Assembly (NCBI GenBank): GCA_016937695.1
Contig: JAFGWC010000047.1
Span: forward strand, 11,529 to 75,528
Source: Bacteroidales bacterium
GTDB lineage: Bacteria; Bacteroidota; Bacteroidia; Bacteroidales; NBLH01
Reading direction: 5' to 3'
Length of the DNA: 64,000 nt
Shown here one piece after another: positions 45,917 to 56,168 of the stretch; position 1 is the stretch's first letter; each line of letters starts with the position of its first letter. Below the pieces are notes generated by a model. It ran no database searches. It was not told where the DNA came from and saw nothing but the letters and a program-made list of their open reading frames with translations. The translations under genes were made by a program, and so were the position numbers.

Positions 45917-48184
45917 CTATATGTCAAAATCTTTTTGAATTATAACTTGTTCTACTCCTTTTATATTTCTAAGTTTTTCTACAAGATTATTAATTACTTC
46001 ATTATCAGCAATATATATATCAACCATGCCATAAAATTTATTATGTAATGTATCAAAATGGAGCGATTTTATATTAATATCAAGTTCAACTGCAATTATA
46101 GAAGTTACTTTGTTCGCTAATCCTGCTATATCTTCGCCTGTAAGTTCAATTCTATATAGTTTTGAGGCAATTTCTTGAGCTGTCCATTTTGCTTTTATTA
46201 TTTCCTTACATTCCTGATTAATGTCAGATTTAAGCTCCTTACAATTTGATTTATGGATACAAATTTTTCCTTCATCACTTTCACAACCAATTACTTCATC
46301 GCCCGGAATAGGATTACAGCAAGAAGCTATTTCAATAAAAGAATTTAACTTTAACTCATCAATTTTAATTTTAGATTCCTTATGTTCAAGAGTTTTCAAT
46401 AAATCAGTTTCTGAAAACTGTAATTTCCAGTATTTTACAAATTTATTTGTAGATTTTTCTTTTATTATTTTAATTAATACAATTTTATCAATTGTTTCGT
46501 TACCAATTTGAAGATATAAATCCTTTTTAGTTGATAAATTAAAATATTTTAGCGTTTTTTTTAAAATTTTAAAATCAATAATGATTTTATTTTTTGCGAT
46601 GAGATATTTAAATGCTTTTTTCCCTTCTCTGATGTAATATTGTTTTTCTTCATTAAAAACTTTGCTTAGAGCTTTTTTAGCTTTGTTTGTAACAACATAA
46701 TTAAACCACTTTTCAACCGGTCTTTGATTGCTTGATGTTAAAACCTCAACAATATCGCCACTGCTAAGTTGATAATTTACAGGAACAACAGTTCTTCCAA
46801 TTTTTGCACCAATACATGATAAAGCTATATCGCTATGAATTTCAAAAGCAAAATCTAAAACAGTAGCGTCTTTTGGCAAAGTAATAATTTTACCTTTTGG
46901 TGTAAATACAAGTATTTCAGATGAAAATAAATTTATATTAAAACTATCAAAAAAATCTAAAGTACTTTCTGAGTTTCCGTTTAATTTGTCTTTTATTTCG
47001 CCAATCCAAACATCTAGTTCAGATTTTTTATCTTCAATACCTTTATATTTCCAATGAGATGCAAATCCCATTTCGGCAATTTCATTCATTCGTTTAGAGC
47101 GAATTTGTACTTCAACCCATCTGTTTTGAGGACTTAAAACGGTTAAATGTAAAGCTTCATAACCATTTTGTTTAGGTTGAGTTATCCAATCTCTTATCCT
47201 TCCTGGATTAGCTTTTTCGTATATTTTTGTAACGCTTGAATATATTTTCCAACATTCTTCAATTTCTTTTTCAGGTGAACTTGGATTAAAAACAATTCTG
47301 ATAGCAAATAAATCATAAACTTCTTCGAATCTAATATTTTTCTTTTGCATTTTAGACCAAACAGAATAAATTGATTTTGCTCTTCCATCTATCTCGAAAT
47401 CAATATTTTGTAAGCTTAAAGATTTAATAATTGGTAATGAAAAATTAGTTATAAACTGAATCCTTTTTTTTTCTGTACCTGAAATTTTACTTGCTATTTC
47501 ATTGTAGATTTCGGGATGTTTAAATTTTAAACTTAAATCTTCAAGTTCGGTTTTTATATTATATAAACCAAGCCTATGTGCTAATGGAACATAAACATAT
47601 AAAGATTCCGCAACTGTTTTTAATTGTTTTTTTTCTGAATATTCTTTAATTGTTCGCATATGATGCAAACGGTCGGCTATTTTTATAAATATAACTCTAA
47701 TATCTGCAGAAAGAGTTAAAAGTATTTTTCTAAAAGCTTCTGCTTGTACAATATTCTGACTATCAATTACTTCTCTTATTTTGGTTAAACCAGATAAGAT
47801 TGAGGCAATTTTATCGCCAAAAATAGTTTTAATGTCTTCAATTTGGATGTCTGTTTCATCAACAATATCGTGCAAAAGCGCAACTATTGCTGATTTAGTG
47901 CCAAGTCCGATATCATTAACTACAATTTTAGCAACATTTATTGAGTGTTCTATATAATATTCTGAAGGATTTTTTTTAATTCCTTTAAATGCGTTATTTG
48001 CAAAATAAAAAGCTTTCCATAATAATTCTTGATCTTCATTCTTCTTTAATCTTCTGCATTTAGTAATAAAATCTTTAAATTTTTGTATACTTTCTTTTTC
48101 AACATTTTCATACTCATCATTTATTTTTTTGTCTGAAAAAAGTTCTTTATCCTGACTTTTTATTTCTTTTTCAACTACGCTCAT
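45917..48184 (-). CDS. Long RelA/SpoT homologue 1: intact (p)ppGpp synthetase motifs, partly divergent hydrolase motifs, plus TGS, Zn-finger and ACT/RRM regions
   Basis: Hydrolase region: H..HD is present, but LLHDIVDET replaces HDxxED and ADRLHHMRT replaces DRLHNMRT. Synthetase motifs are intact: GRAKSIYSVWSKM, YDLFAIRIV, GRIRDWI, GYEALHLTV, EVQIRS and ASHWKYK. TGS is VFTPKG..ITLPKDATVLDFAF and the Zn finger is CCNPIPGD. Confidence 0.85.
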   Translation of the reverse strand: MSVVEKEIKSQDKELFSDKKINDEYENVEKESIQKFKDFITKCRRLKKNEDQELLWKAFYFANNAFKGIKKNPSEYYIEHSINVAKIVVNDIGLGTKSAIVALLHDIVDETDIQIEDIKTIFGDKIASILSGLTKIREVIDSQNIVQAEAFRKILLTLSADIRVIFIKIADRLHHMRTIKEYSEKKQLKTVAESLYVYVPLAHRLGLYNIKTELEDLSLKFKHPEIYNEIASKISGTEKKRIQFITNFSLPIIKSLSLQNIDFEIDGRAKSIYSVWSKMQKKNIRFEEVYDLFAIRIVFNPSSPEKEIEECWKIYSSVTKIYEKANPGRIRDWITQPKQNGYEALHLTVLSPQNRWVEVQIRSKRMNEIAEMGFASHWKYKGIEDKKSELDVWIGEIKDKLNGNSESTLDFFDSFNINLFSSEILVFTPKGKIITLPKDATVLDFAFEIHSDIALSCIGAKIGRTVVPVNYQLSSGDIVEVLTSSNQRPVEKWFNYVVTNKAKKALSKVFNEEKQYYIREGKKAFKYLIAKNKIIIDFKILKKTLKYFNLSTKKDLYLQIGNETIDKIVLIKIIKEKSTNKFVKYWKLQFSETDLLKTLEHKESKIKIDELKLNSFIEIASCCNPIPGDEVIGCESDEGKICIHKSNCKELKSDINQECKEIIKAKWTAQEIASKLYRIELTGEDIAGLANKVTSIIAVELDINIKSLHFDTLHNKFYGMVDIYIADNEVINNLVEKLRNIKGVEQVIIQKDFDI

Positions 48185-48227
48185 ATGCTTTAATAGTCAA
48201 TAATTGCTTTAATACAATATAACAAAA

Positions 48228-48270
48228 TTTGATGTAAAATAAAAGCAAAATATATATATTTTACATCAAA
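48228..48270. other. 13-bp perfect inverted repeat (TTTGATGTAAAAT-17-ATTTTACATCAAA) 44 nt upstream of the RSH-1 start
   Basis: Read directly. On the minus strand it is followed by ATTTTGTTAT. Confidence 0.5.
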
Positions 48271-48444
48271 CTAATAAATTACTTGATTTATTAAACATCA
48301 TTAATTAAAGTGAAAAATATTACAAATTTAAACTTATGATAATCAACTAGTTACAATTAAATTAGGTTTTGGTTTAGATTTTTTGAGATATTTTATAAAT
48401 CTGCATTACTTATTTTTTGTAAGTAATTAGTATACTGATAATTA

Positions 48445-48479
48445 GTCATTAAAAATATTAGAAGTTTATTTTTAATGAC
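48445..48479. other. 13-bp perfect AT-rich inverted repeat (GTCATTAAAAATA-9-TATTTTTAATGAC) ~100 nt downstream of RSH-2
   Basis: Read directly. It is a possible weak terminator of the RSH-2 operon. Confidence 0.4.
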
Positions 48480-48577
48480 CAATTACTAATCTATACTTTA
48501 TAATCACCTATCAATCAATACAATACAAATAATTTTACGCATCACAAAGTATTTAAACTATAGCGTTCAATTTAAAA

Positions 48578-50806
48578 TTAAAATTTTACTCTCTCTACGC
48601 TAGTAATGCCTTTAACTTTTTTTATTTTAAGAATTAATTTATTCAAAGATTTTAAGTTTGACACATACAAAACAACATTTCCCTCATATATTCCATTATT
48701 GCTTTCAACAAAAATTGATTTCATATTTACATCCATGTCATTTGAAATAATGCTTGTAATATCCAATAATAGATTTTTTCTATCAACCCCACTAATTTCA
48801 ATTTTTGCAGGATAAATATGCAGTTTATGTTCTCCCCAAATTACACGAGCTGTAGATTTACCATGTTCTGCGCTAATTTTAATTGCAGTTTCGCAATTTA
48901 TTTGATGAACAATTATTTCACCATTTTCATTTTTAAATGCTATTGATTTATCTTCAGGAATAGGATTACAACAATCGGCAATTACATAATTTTTTTCAGT
49001 TCCTGATTCGTTTATAATATATGGATGTTTATGGCTAAAATTCAATGATAATTCAACAGAATCATCACTTGTTTTAAATTTGAAAATTGATGGAATAAGG
49101 TTATTAAAAAAACTGGTTGATGTAACTGCTCTAAATCCTTTAATTAGTTCTTCATCGCTAATTAATTTTTTAGCTAAATTAAAAAATAAATGTTCTTCAT
49201 TTTTTAAAGTCAATTGTTTCAATAATTTATCTAATGAAAAATCACTTGAAACTATATGTAAAGAATCCATAATATGAAAATATTTATTTTTACCAATTGT
49301 AATATTTTCTTTATTTTCCTTTTTAAAATAGTTTTTCAGATTTAGTTTTGCTCTGGCTGTAACAACCGATTTTAACCATGATTTATCAGGTTTTGATATT
49401 TTAGAGTCAATTATTTCTACTTGATCGGCACTATTTAAAACATACAAATGATTTACTAATTTTTTATTAACCTTTGCGGCCATAAAATTCAAACCCAAAT
49501 CAGTATGAATTTGAAATGCAAAATCTAAAACTGTTGATCCTTTTGGTAATTTAATAATTTTGCCTTTTGGAGTAAAAACATAAATTTCGGAAATGTATAA
49601 GTTTAATTTAAAATTATCTAGAAACTCTAAAGCGTTTTTCCCGGGATTAATAAGCTGATTACCAACTTCTTGAATCCACTTTTCTCTTTCACTTAAATCT
49701 TCTTTGCCTTCATTCTGTTTTTCTGATGAATAACCTCTTTCAGCAATATCTGACATTCTTTTACTTAATATTTGGATTTCATTCCAATTTCCGTCTTCAC
49801 GCATAATGTCAACAATTAAAGCTTCAAAACCATTTGCTTTAGGGTTTTTCACTAAATCCTGCAAACTTCCGCTTCGTGCCATAAAAATATTTGTTATAAT
49901 TTCATATATTTTATAGCATTGGCTTCTTTCTGTTTTTTCATTATCACTTTCAAAAATTAATCTTAACGAATAAAAATTGTGAATGTCTTCAAATGCAAAA
50001 TGTTTATCCTTCATCTTTGTCCATGTAGCATAAAGAGACTTTCGTATTCCTACAATTTTAAATTCAATATTTTCATTTTTTAATAATTGCTTAACTTTAT
50101 TTTCAAATTTATTTAGCAATTTAGTCCTATTATCTTCTGTTGCCTCAATAATTTGCATTAAATTTTTATAATCATCAGGCAAATAGTACTTAAAACTTAA
50201 ATCTTCAAGCTCTCTTCCAATTTTATTTAAGCCAAGTCTTCTGGCCAAAGGTGCATAAACGTATAAAGTTTCGCCGGCTTTTACAATTTGTCTGTTTTCA
50301 GGCATTCCTTGAAGCGTTCTCATATTATGAAGCCTGTCTGAAAGTTTTATTAAAATTACTCTAATATCTTTATGAATTGACATTAGCATTTTTCTAAAGG
50401 TCTCAGCCTGAAGGTTTTGCTCTGCATCATAAACATTTGTAATTTTTGTTAAACCATCAATAATAGACGCTATTTTTTCGCCAAAATGATTTTGTACAAT
50501 TTCTAAAGAAATATCATCATTATCTTCAACAATATCGTGCATTAAAGCACACATTACAGAGTTAACTCCTAAACCTATTTCTTTAACCACTATTTTTGCA
50601 ACTTCTATTGGATGCATAATAAAAGCCTCGCCTGTTCCGCGTTTGGTTCCTTTGTGTGCATCGTATGCAAAATTAAATGCTTTTATAATAAGTTTCCTAT
50701 TTTCTCCTTCATTACATCTTGGGCAAAGCTCCAACAATTCGAGAAATGCATCCCGAACTTCCTTTTCACCTTTTATCTCTATATCAGAAGCTTTATTATT
50801 CATCAA
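48578..50806 (-). CDS. Long RelA/SpoT homologue 2: canonical hydrolase motifs, degenerate synthetase domain (predicted hydrolase-only)
   Basis: The hydrolase motifs are canonical: GEAFIMHP, LMHDIVED and SDRLHNMRT. The synthetase positions are eroded: GIRKSLYATWTKM, IHNFYSLRL (Asp to Asn), GSLQDLV (RxKD lost), GFEALIVDI (His lost), EIQILS (Arg lost) and YSSEKQNE in place of AAHW.YK. TGS, CCNPIPED and the ACT-like end are retained. Confidence 0.8.
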   Translation of the reverse strand: MMNNKASDIEIKGEKEVRDAFLELLELCPRCNEGENRKLIIKAFNFAYDAHKGTKRGTGEAFIMHPIEVAKIVVKEIGLGVNSVMCALMHDIVEDNDDISLEIVQNHFGEKIASIIDGLTKITNVYDAEQNLQAETFRKMLMSIHKDIRVILIKLSDRLHNMRTLQGMPENRQIVKAGETLYVYAPLARRLGLNKIGRELEDLSFKYYLPDDYKNLMQIIEATEDNRTKLLNKFENKVKQLLKNENIEFKIVGIRKSLYATWTKMKDKHFAFEDIHNFYSLRLIFESDNEKTERSQCYKIYEIITNIFMARSGSLQDLVKNPKANGFEALIVDIMREDGNWNEIQILSKRMSDIAERGYSSEKQNEGKEDLSEREKWIQEVGNQLINPGKNALEFLDNFKLNLYISEIYVFTPKGKIIKLPKGSTVLDFAFQIHTDLGLNFMAAKVNKKLVNHLYVLNSADQVEIIDSKISKPDKSWLKSVVTARAKLNLKNYFKKENKENITIGKNKYFHIMDSLHIVSSDFSLDKLLKQLTLKNEEHLFFNLAKKLISDEELIKGFRAVTSTSFFNNLIPSIFKFKTSDDSVELSLNFSHKHPYIINESGTEKNYVIADCCNPIPEDKSIAFKNENGEIIVHQINCETAIKISAEHGKSTARVIWGEHKLHIYPAKIEISGVDRKNLLLDITSIISNDMDVNMKSIFVESNNGIYEGNVVLYVSNLKSLNKLILKIKKVKGITSVERVKF

Positions 50807-50812
50807 TTTTTT

Positions 50813-52366
50813 TTAATAAATTAAATTTATTTGACCTGATTTTTCAATTAATTCGTTATTTTTTGTTCTATATTTTAGATGATAAACATAAGTTCCCTTT
50901 TTACATATTTGCCCATTTAAACTTCCATCCCAAGATTCCATAGAATTATTACTTTTGAAAACGATTTCTCCCCAACGATTGTAAACCACTAAACTATAAT
51001 CATTTACAAAAGAAATTACTGGTTTAAAACTTCTATTTTCATCTTTTGCACTATAAGGATTAAATGCTGTTGGAATATAAATTACAGTTTCCTGATGTGC
51101 ACATGAAATATTTGATTTACTAATTCCTACAATCCCATAAGGATTTCCAGAACCTTCAGTAGCTTCAATATAATAGCAAAAATGACCTTTTGTTGCATTT
51201 CCGTTTAATTCGGGCTGAACAAATTCTGTTACATCATCCTTATAAACAGTATCGTTTGAACTTAATTGTTCAATTAGCTGAAAATCAGCTTCATCTACAC
51301 TTCTATAAATTTTATAGTTATCAACACCTCCAAGCCATGTTTTATATTTTGTCCAATTTAAAATATTAATTTTAGAATTATCTTTATTAGCATATGCTTC
51401 TAACAAAATATTATGGGCAATATTGCTTTCTTTAGACTTAATATTACAAGTATTTAGAGAAATTACTTTATAGTATAAAATTTCTTGAGATGCTTTAATA
51501 TAATCGGTATAATAAATTTCTGCAATTCCGGCAGGAAAAGCTGCTAATGTGTCATAAGTTCCATAAATTGAATCGGATTTAAGCAAAACATATGAATTTA
51601 AAATTGCATTTTCATCTACAGTAAAGGACAAATCTACTTTTTGATATGAATTAATGCTTGCAAAATCGGCATTCATTATTGCAGGTCGTACAGGCATTGT
51701 TGTTGTAACTAACTGAATATTAGAGCTTGACTGTAAAGAATTATCTATATTAAATACTTGGATAAAATAATAATAATCGACATTTGCATCAACATTTGAA
51801 TGTATAAACGCTGTGTCTTGCGAACTTACTTCATTTAATAAAACAGGAATATCAGCAATATTATTTTTATAATAAATTCTGTAACCGCCAATATCGGTTC
51901 CAAAATTTTTAAAAGCAGACCAGTAAATAGTATTTTGTTCCAGACATAAATCAAAATCAACAGGATACAAATATAAAGTAGAAGCTTTTCCGCTCATATT
52001 GCTATATTCAATAACGCCTGCATCATCTTTAAAAGCTGCAATTCGGTATGTTTCAACTCCTAATTCGGGTTCGGCAATTCCAAAATCTGTTCCGTTATCA
52101 ATATAAGTTGTTTGATTTCTATCGTTTATAGTTGCAATTGTATTAAAACTACCTTCAACAACGCCTGTTTCGCCAAAAATTTGTCTTTTAATAATATATC
52201 CGTCTATTAATAAAGGTGAATTTACATGCCAGTTAATAGTTACTTTCTGACTTGTTAGATCAACTGTAACATTATCAATAACAGGTATTTCAACGCTTTG
52301 TGCAAATAAAATATCTGCGAAAGCGAATTGCAAAATAATATATATGATTGTAATATTTTTAATCAT
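50813..52366 (-). CDS. FN3/Ig-like repeat surface protein with a type-B T9SS C-terminal domain
   Basis: The signal peptide ends FA|QS. The C-terminus is AFNPYS...N..FKP......YSLVVYNRWGEIVF.......WDG......C..GTYVY. Confidence 0.7.
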   Translation of the reverse strand: MIKNITIIYIILQFAFADILFAQSVEIPVIDNVTVDLTSQKVTINWHVNSPLLIDGYIIKRQIFGETGVVEGSFNTIATINDRNQTTYIDNGTDFGIAEPELGVETYRIAAFKDDAGVIEYSNMSGKASTLYLYPVDFDLCLEQNTIYWSAFKNFGTDIGGYRIYYKNNIADIPVLLNEVSSQDTAFIHSNVDANVDYYYFIQVFNIDNSLQSSSNIQLVTTTMPVRPAIMNADFASINSYQKVDLSFTVDENAILNSYVLLKSDSIYGTYDTLAAFPAGIAEIYYTDYIKASQEILYYKVISLNTCNIKSKESNIAHNILLEAYANKDNSKINILNWTKYKTWLGGVDNYKIYRSVDEADFQLIEQLSSNDTVYKDDVTEFVQPELNGNATKGHFCYYIEATEGSGNPYGIVGISKSNISCAHQETVIYIPTAFNPYSAKDENRSFKPVISFVNDYSLVVYNRWGEIVFKSNNSMESWDGSLNGQICKKGTYVYHLKYRTKNNELIEKSGQINLIY

Positions 52367-52387
52367 TTTATTTTTTTAATAATTTTT

Positions 52388-53674
52388 TCACAAATCACCT
52401 GCCAAAACTTGAGTAAAAATATCTGTTTGCAAGTATTTATTTGCAAGCTCCATAATATTTTCAGGTGTTATAGTTTTTAATGTTTGTATATAATCATCAA
52501 AATATTTATAAGTTAAACCAAATTGAAGAAGGTTGAGAAAAATCTCAGATTGATTAAAATGCCCATCAAATGCTCTTAATATTTCTCCCATCATATAATT
52601 TCTAACCAACTCTAATTCAGATTCTTGAACCTTTATTTCTTTAATAGTTTTAATTTCTTTATATATTTCTTCAATTGCTTTTTCTTCAAATCCTTTTGGA
52701 ATATTTGCTGAAATAATAAAAATACCTGATTTTAAAAGAGAATTTATATATGAATAAATTCCATAAGTTAAAGCTTTTTTCTCTCTTAAATTTAGCATTA
52801 ATCTTGAACCAAAATATCCACCAAAAATTTCATTTAGAACGTTTAATCCTAAAAAATCAGGATGAGTTTTAGTAATTGTTCTGCATCCTATAACTAAGCT
52901 CGTTTGAACTGCATCTTTTTTATTAAGTATAATTTTTTGATTTTTTTGCTCAATAAAACTATAATTTGCTTTTTTTATATTATTTGTATTTTTCCAATCT
53001 GTTTTTCCAAATTTATCATTTAAAATTTTAAAAGTTTCATTATTCGTTTTTCCTGAAATTACAATTGTACAATTATCAGAACTATAAAAACGTTTATGAA
53101 AGTCTTTTAGTTTATCGATTTTAAGTTTTTTGAAATCTTCTATTTTTAAAACTTGCCCATAAGGATGTTTATTGCCAAAAACAGCTTCATAAAAGCTATT
53201 ATGTGCAATATATTCAACTTTTTCTTGGCTAACAATAAATTGTTGTTTTTCGTTTTGTAAATCGATTAGAAATTCATTCTTAGGAAAAGTTGGGTTTTTA
53301 ATTATATCTTCAACAATTTCAACCGATTGCTCAAAAAAAGATGTTAATGAATAAAGAACAACGCTTGAAAAATGCTTTCCACTTTCTAAGCTAACATAAG
53401 AACCATAAAAATCAAGTTTTTCAGCAATTTCTGATGAGCTTTTTGATTTTGTTGATTGAATTAACATTGAATTAGTGAAGCTTGGAATTAATATATTTTC
53501 AGACTCGCATGTTCCGGCTTTAAAGCTTATTTCCAGTTTAATAACATCCTGATAATCAGAGTTTAACTCATAAACCTCAATGCCATTATCCAACAAATGT
53601 TTATTAATATCAATATAATTGAGCTTATCAATTAAATTGAATTTCGGCGATATTTTTCTGTTAAGGTTAGCCAT
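52388..53674 (-). CDS. M16 (pitrilysin/insulinase) family homologue lacking the HxxEH zinc motif (non-catalytic type)
   Basis: Length and fold pattern are M16-like (two-lobed, ~428 aa). The position of HxxEH reads IPSFTNSML, and no HxxEH occurs anywhere in the protein. Confidence 0.6.
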   Translation of the reverse strand: MANLNRKISPKFNLIDKLNYIDINKHLLDNGIEVYELNSDYQDVIKLEISFKAGTCESENILIPSFTNSMLIQSTKSKSSSEIAEKLDFYGSYVSLESGKHFSSVVLYSLTSFFEQSVEIVEDIIKNPTFPKNEFLIDLQNEKQQFIVSQEKVEYIAHNSFYEAVFGNKHPYGQVLKIEDFKKLKIDKLKDFHKRFYSSDNCTIVISGKTNNETFKILNDKFGKTDWKNTNNIKKANYSFIEQKNQKIILNKKDAVQTSLVIGCRTITKTHPDFLGLNVLNEIFGGYFGSRLMLNLREKKALTYGIYSYINSLLKSGIFIISANIPKGFEEKAIEEIYKEIKTIKEIKVQESELELVRNYMMGEILRAFDGHFNQSEIFLNLLQFGLTYKYFDDYIQTLKTITPENIMELANKYLQTDIFTQVLAGDL

Positions 53675-53679
53675 TTTTA

Positions 53680-54387
53680 TTAGTGCCCTGTATAAACAGC
53701 TTCTTCACCTTGAATATCGTCTGATTTAAATTGAAAACCAAGTCTTTTACCTGTTTGTATTGCCGATTTTTGATTTTTTTGCTGAACCAACTCTAAAGAA
53801 ATAATTTTCATATTGTCGTATGGTGGAACAAGTAAATCGAATTCAAGCACATATTGTAATGAAGATTCAATTACTTCTTTTAGCGCATTTTTATCAATTG
53901 TAGCAACTCCAAAATCTTTATAAAGAGAACTCATTTGTCTTTTTCCTTCAACAAAATAATGAAAATCTTTATTGATAAATAATCTGCCAACCAGATAACC
54001 TAAATCAGATTCTCTATTGTATTTGAAAGAATCGGAAAGAAAATTATATATGTTAATAATTCCACAATAAGTTCCCATTACATTTTTTTGAGCATACGGT
54101 GTTTTCCAAATTTGATGTTCCTTATTAAATTCAAAAACATTTGAATGCATATTGAATAAAATCATATCTCCGGCAAATTTTAAAGCGCATTGAAAACTGC
54201 CTCTATCAATAAATTTAATCCAAGGTTTTCCTTTTACATTTCCAATTTTTTTACTGTATGAATCAGCAATTTCAATCAAAACATTTTTTAACTGATTAAA
54301 AATTTCTAATGTATTAGAGAAAACCTGCTGCTTCATTTCGGCTTTTTCTGTTAATTTTTTAATAATTAAGTCTTCCTTTTTTATCAT
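53680..54387 (-). CDS. Hypothetical cytoplasmic protein (235 aa), first gene of the four-gene cluster ending in RSH-2
   Basis: There is no signal peptide and no motif I recognise. It lies 5 nt upstream of the M16 homologue. Confidence 0.5.
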   Translation of the reverse strand: MIKKEDLIIKKLTEKAEMKQQVFSNTLEIFNQLKNVLIEIADSYSKKIGNVKGKPWIKFIDRGSFQCALKFAGDMILFNMHSNVFEFNKEHQIWKTPYAQKNVMGTYCGIINIYNFLSDSFKYNRESDLGYLVGRLFINKDFHYFVEGKRQMSSLYKDFGVATIDKNALKEVIESSLQYVLEFDLLVPPYDNMKIISLELVQQKNQKSAIQTGKRLGFQFKSDDIQGEEAVYTGH

Positions 54388-54478
54388 GATTCTATCAATT
54401 TTTATAGTTATAAAGATAAAATTTATCTTTGATTGAATAAAAGATTATCAAATGTATTTTAAAAATTGTTTATTTAAC

Positions 54479-54510
54479 AAAAAAAGACTGCCTAAAACGA
54501 CAGTCTTTTT
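54479..54510 (-). terminator. Intrinsic terminator after proS
   Basis: The stem is AAAAGACTG / CAGTCTTTT, with a T-run on the minus strand. Confidence 0.7.
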
Positions 54511-54533
54511 ATTAGAAATTTATAACTCATTAA

Positions 54534-56009
54534 TTAATATGCTTTTGCAAATATCACTCTCCTTTTCGAAGGTTTTCCTGTAAAAATACATTTTCCGTCT
54601 TCTTCTTCGGCATCAATAGGTATACATCTTATTGTTGCTTTAGTTTCGGCTTTAATTTTTTCTTCGGTTTCTGGTGTTCCGTCCCAATGAGCTAAAATAA
54701 AACCACCTTTATTTTCAAGAATATCCTTAAATTCCTGATATGAATTTGTTTTAAAAGTATTTTCTTCTCTGAATTTATGAGCTTTATTGTATATATTTTC
54801 CTGAATATCAGCAAGTAAACCTGAAATTGTATCAGCAATATTATCTTGAGAATATATTTTCTTTTCTAATGTATCTCTTCTGGCAATTTCAACATTATTT
54901 TGCTCAAGATCTCTTGGTCCAATTGCAATTCGAACGGGAACACCTTTAAGTTCATATTCTGCAAATTTATGTCCCGGACGATGAGTATCTCTTCCATCAT
55001 ATTTTACAGTAATATCTTTTGCTCTTAATAAAGCCATTATTTCGTTAGCTTTATTTGTGATTTTATCTAATTCTTCTTGACTTTTATAAATAGGAACAAT
55101 TACTACTTGAAAAGGTGCTAATTTTGGCGGCAAAACAAGTCCGTTATCATCAGAATGAGCCATAATTAGTGCGCCCATTAATCTAGTAGAAACACCCCAT
55201 GATGTTGCCCAAACATAATCAAGTTTGCCTTCTTTATCAGTAAATTTAACATCAAAAGCTTTAGCAAAATTTTGACCTAAAAAATGAGAAGTCCCTGATT
55301 GTAAGGCTTTTCCATCTTGCATTAATGCTTCAATAGAGTATGTTTCTAAAGCGCCGGCAAATCTTTCATTTTCGGATTTTGTACCTTTAATTACAGGTAA
55401 AGCCATAAAATTTTCGGCAAATTCGGCATAAACATTAACCATTTTAATTGTTTCTTCAATTGCTTCGGCTTTGGTTGCATGAGCAGTATGTCCTTCTTGC
55501 CACAAAAACTCAGAAGTTCTGAGGAAAAGTCTTGTTCGCATTTCCCATCTAACAACATTTGCCCATTGATTAATTAAAATAGGTAAATCTCTGTAAGATT
55601 GAATCCAGTTTTTATACGAATTCCAGATTATTGTTTCAGAAGTTGGTCTAACAATTAATTCTTCTTCCAATTTTGCATCAGGATCAACTTCTACACCTTT
55701 TCCATCAGCTGTAGCTTTTAATCTGTAATGAGTAACAACAGCACATTCTTTTGCAAAACCTTCAACATGTTTGGCCTCTTTACTAAAAAAAGATTTAGGA
55801 ATAAAAAGCGGGAAATATGCATTTTCATGACCAGTTTCTTTAAACATTTTGTCTAATTGCGCTTGTATTTTTTCCCAAATCGCAAAACCATATGGTTTAA
55901 TTACCATACTTCCTCTTACAGCTGAATTTTCAGCTAAATCTGCCTTAACAACTAAATCGTTGTACCATTGCGAATAATTTTCACTTCTTTTTGTAATTCC
56001 TTTTGACAT
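54534..56009 (-). CDS. proS: Prolyl-tRNA synthetase (archaeal/eukaryote-like class II type, without an insertion editing domain)
   Basis: The ~491-aa protein has class II motifs ([26 protein letters not shown]), an anticodon-binding domain and a C-terminal zinc-binding-type domain ending ...AKAY. Confidence 0.9.
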   Translation of the reverse strand: MSKGITKRSENYSQWYNDLVVKADLAENSAVRGSMVIKPYGFAIWEKIQAQLDKMFKETGHENAYFPLFIPKSFFSKEAKHVEGFAKECAVVTHYRLKATADGKGVEVDPDAKLEEELIVRPTSETIIWNSYKNWIQSYRDLPILINQWANVVRWEMRTRLFLRTSEFLWQEGHTAHATKAEAIEETIKMVNVYAEFAENFMALPVIKGTKSENERFAGALETYSIEALMQDGKALQSGTSHFLGQNFAKAFDVKFTDKEGKLDYVWATSWGVSTRLMGALIMAHSDDNGLVLPPKLAPFQVVIVPIYKSQEELDKITNKANEIMALLRAKDITVKYDGRDTHRPGHKFAEYELKGVPVRIAIGPRDLEQNNVEIARRDTLEKKIYSQDNIADTISGLLADIQENIYNKAHKFREENTFKTNSYQEFKDILENKGGFILAHWDGTPETEEKIKAETKATIRCIPIDAEEEDGKCIFTGKPSKRRVIFAKAY

Positions 56010-56168
56010 AATCTAATAGATAATTATCTTTGATTTTTTATTTTATAATGCAAAAATGCTGATATTTTGTTGTATTTTTACTTAACTACACATATAATTT
56101 CAAAATTCTTGTTTTAAATTAAGACTGCAAAAATAAACAAAACTTTGTAAAAGCCTAATCAAAAATTT

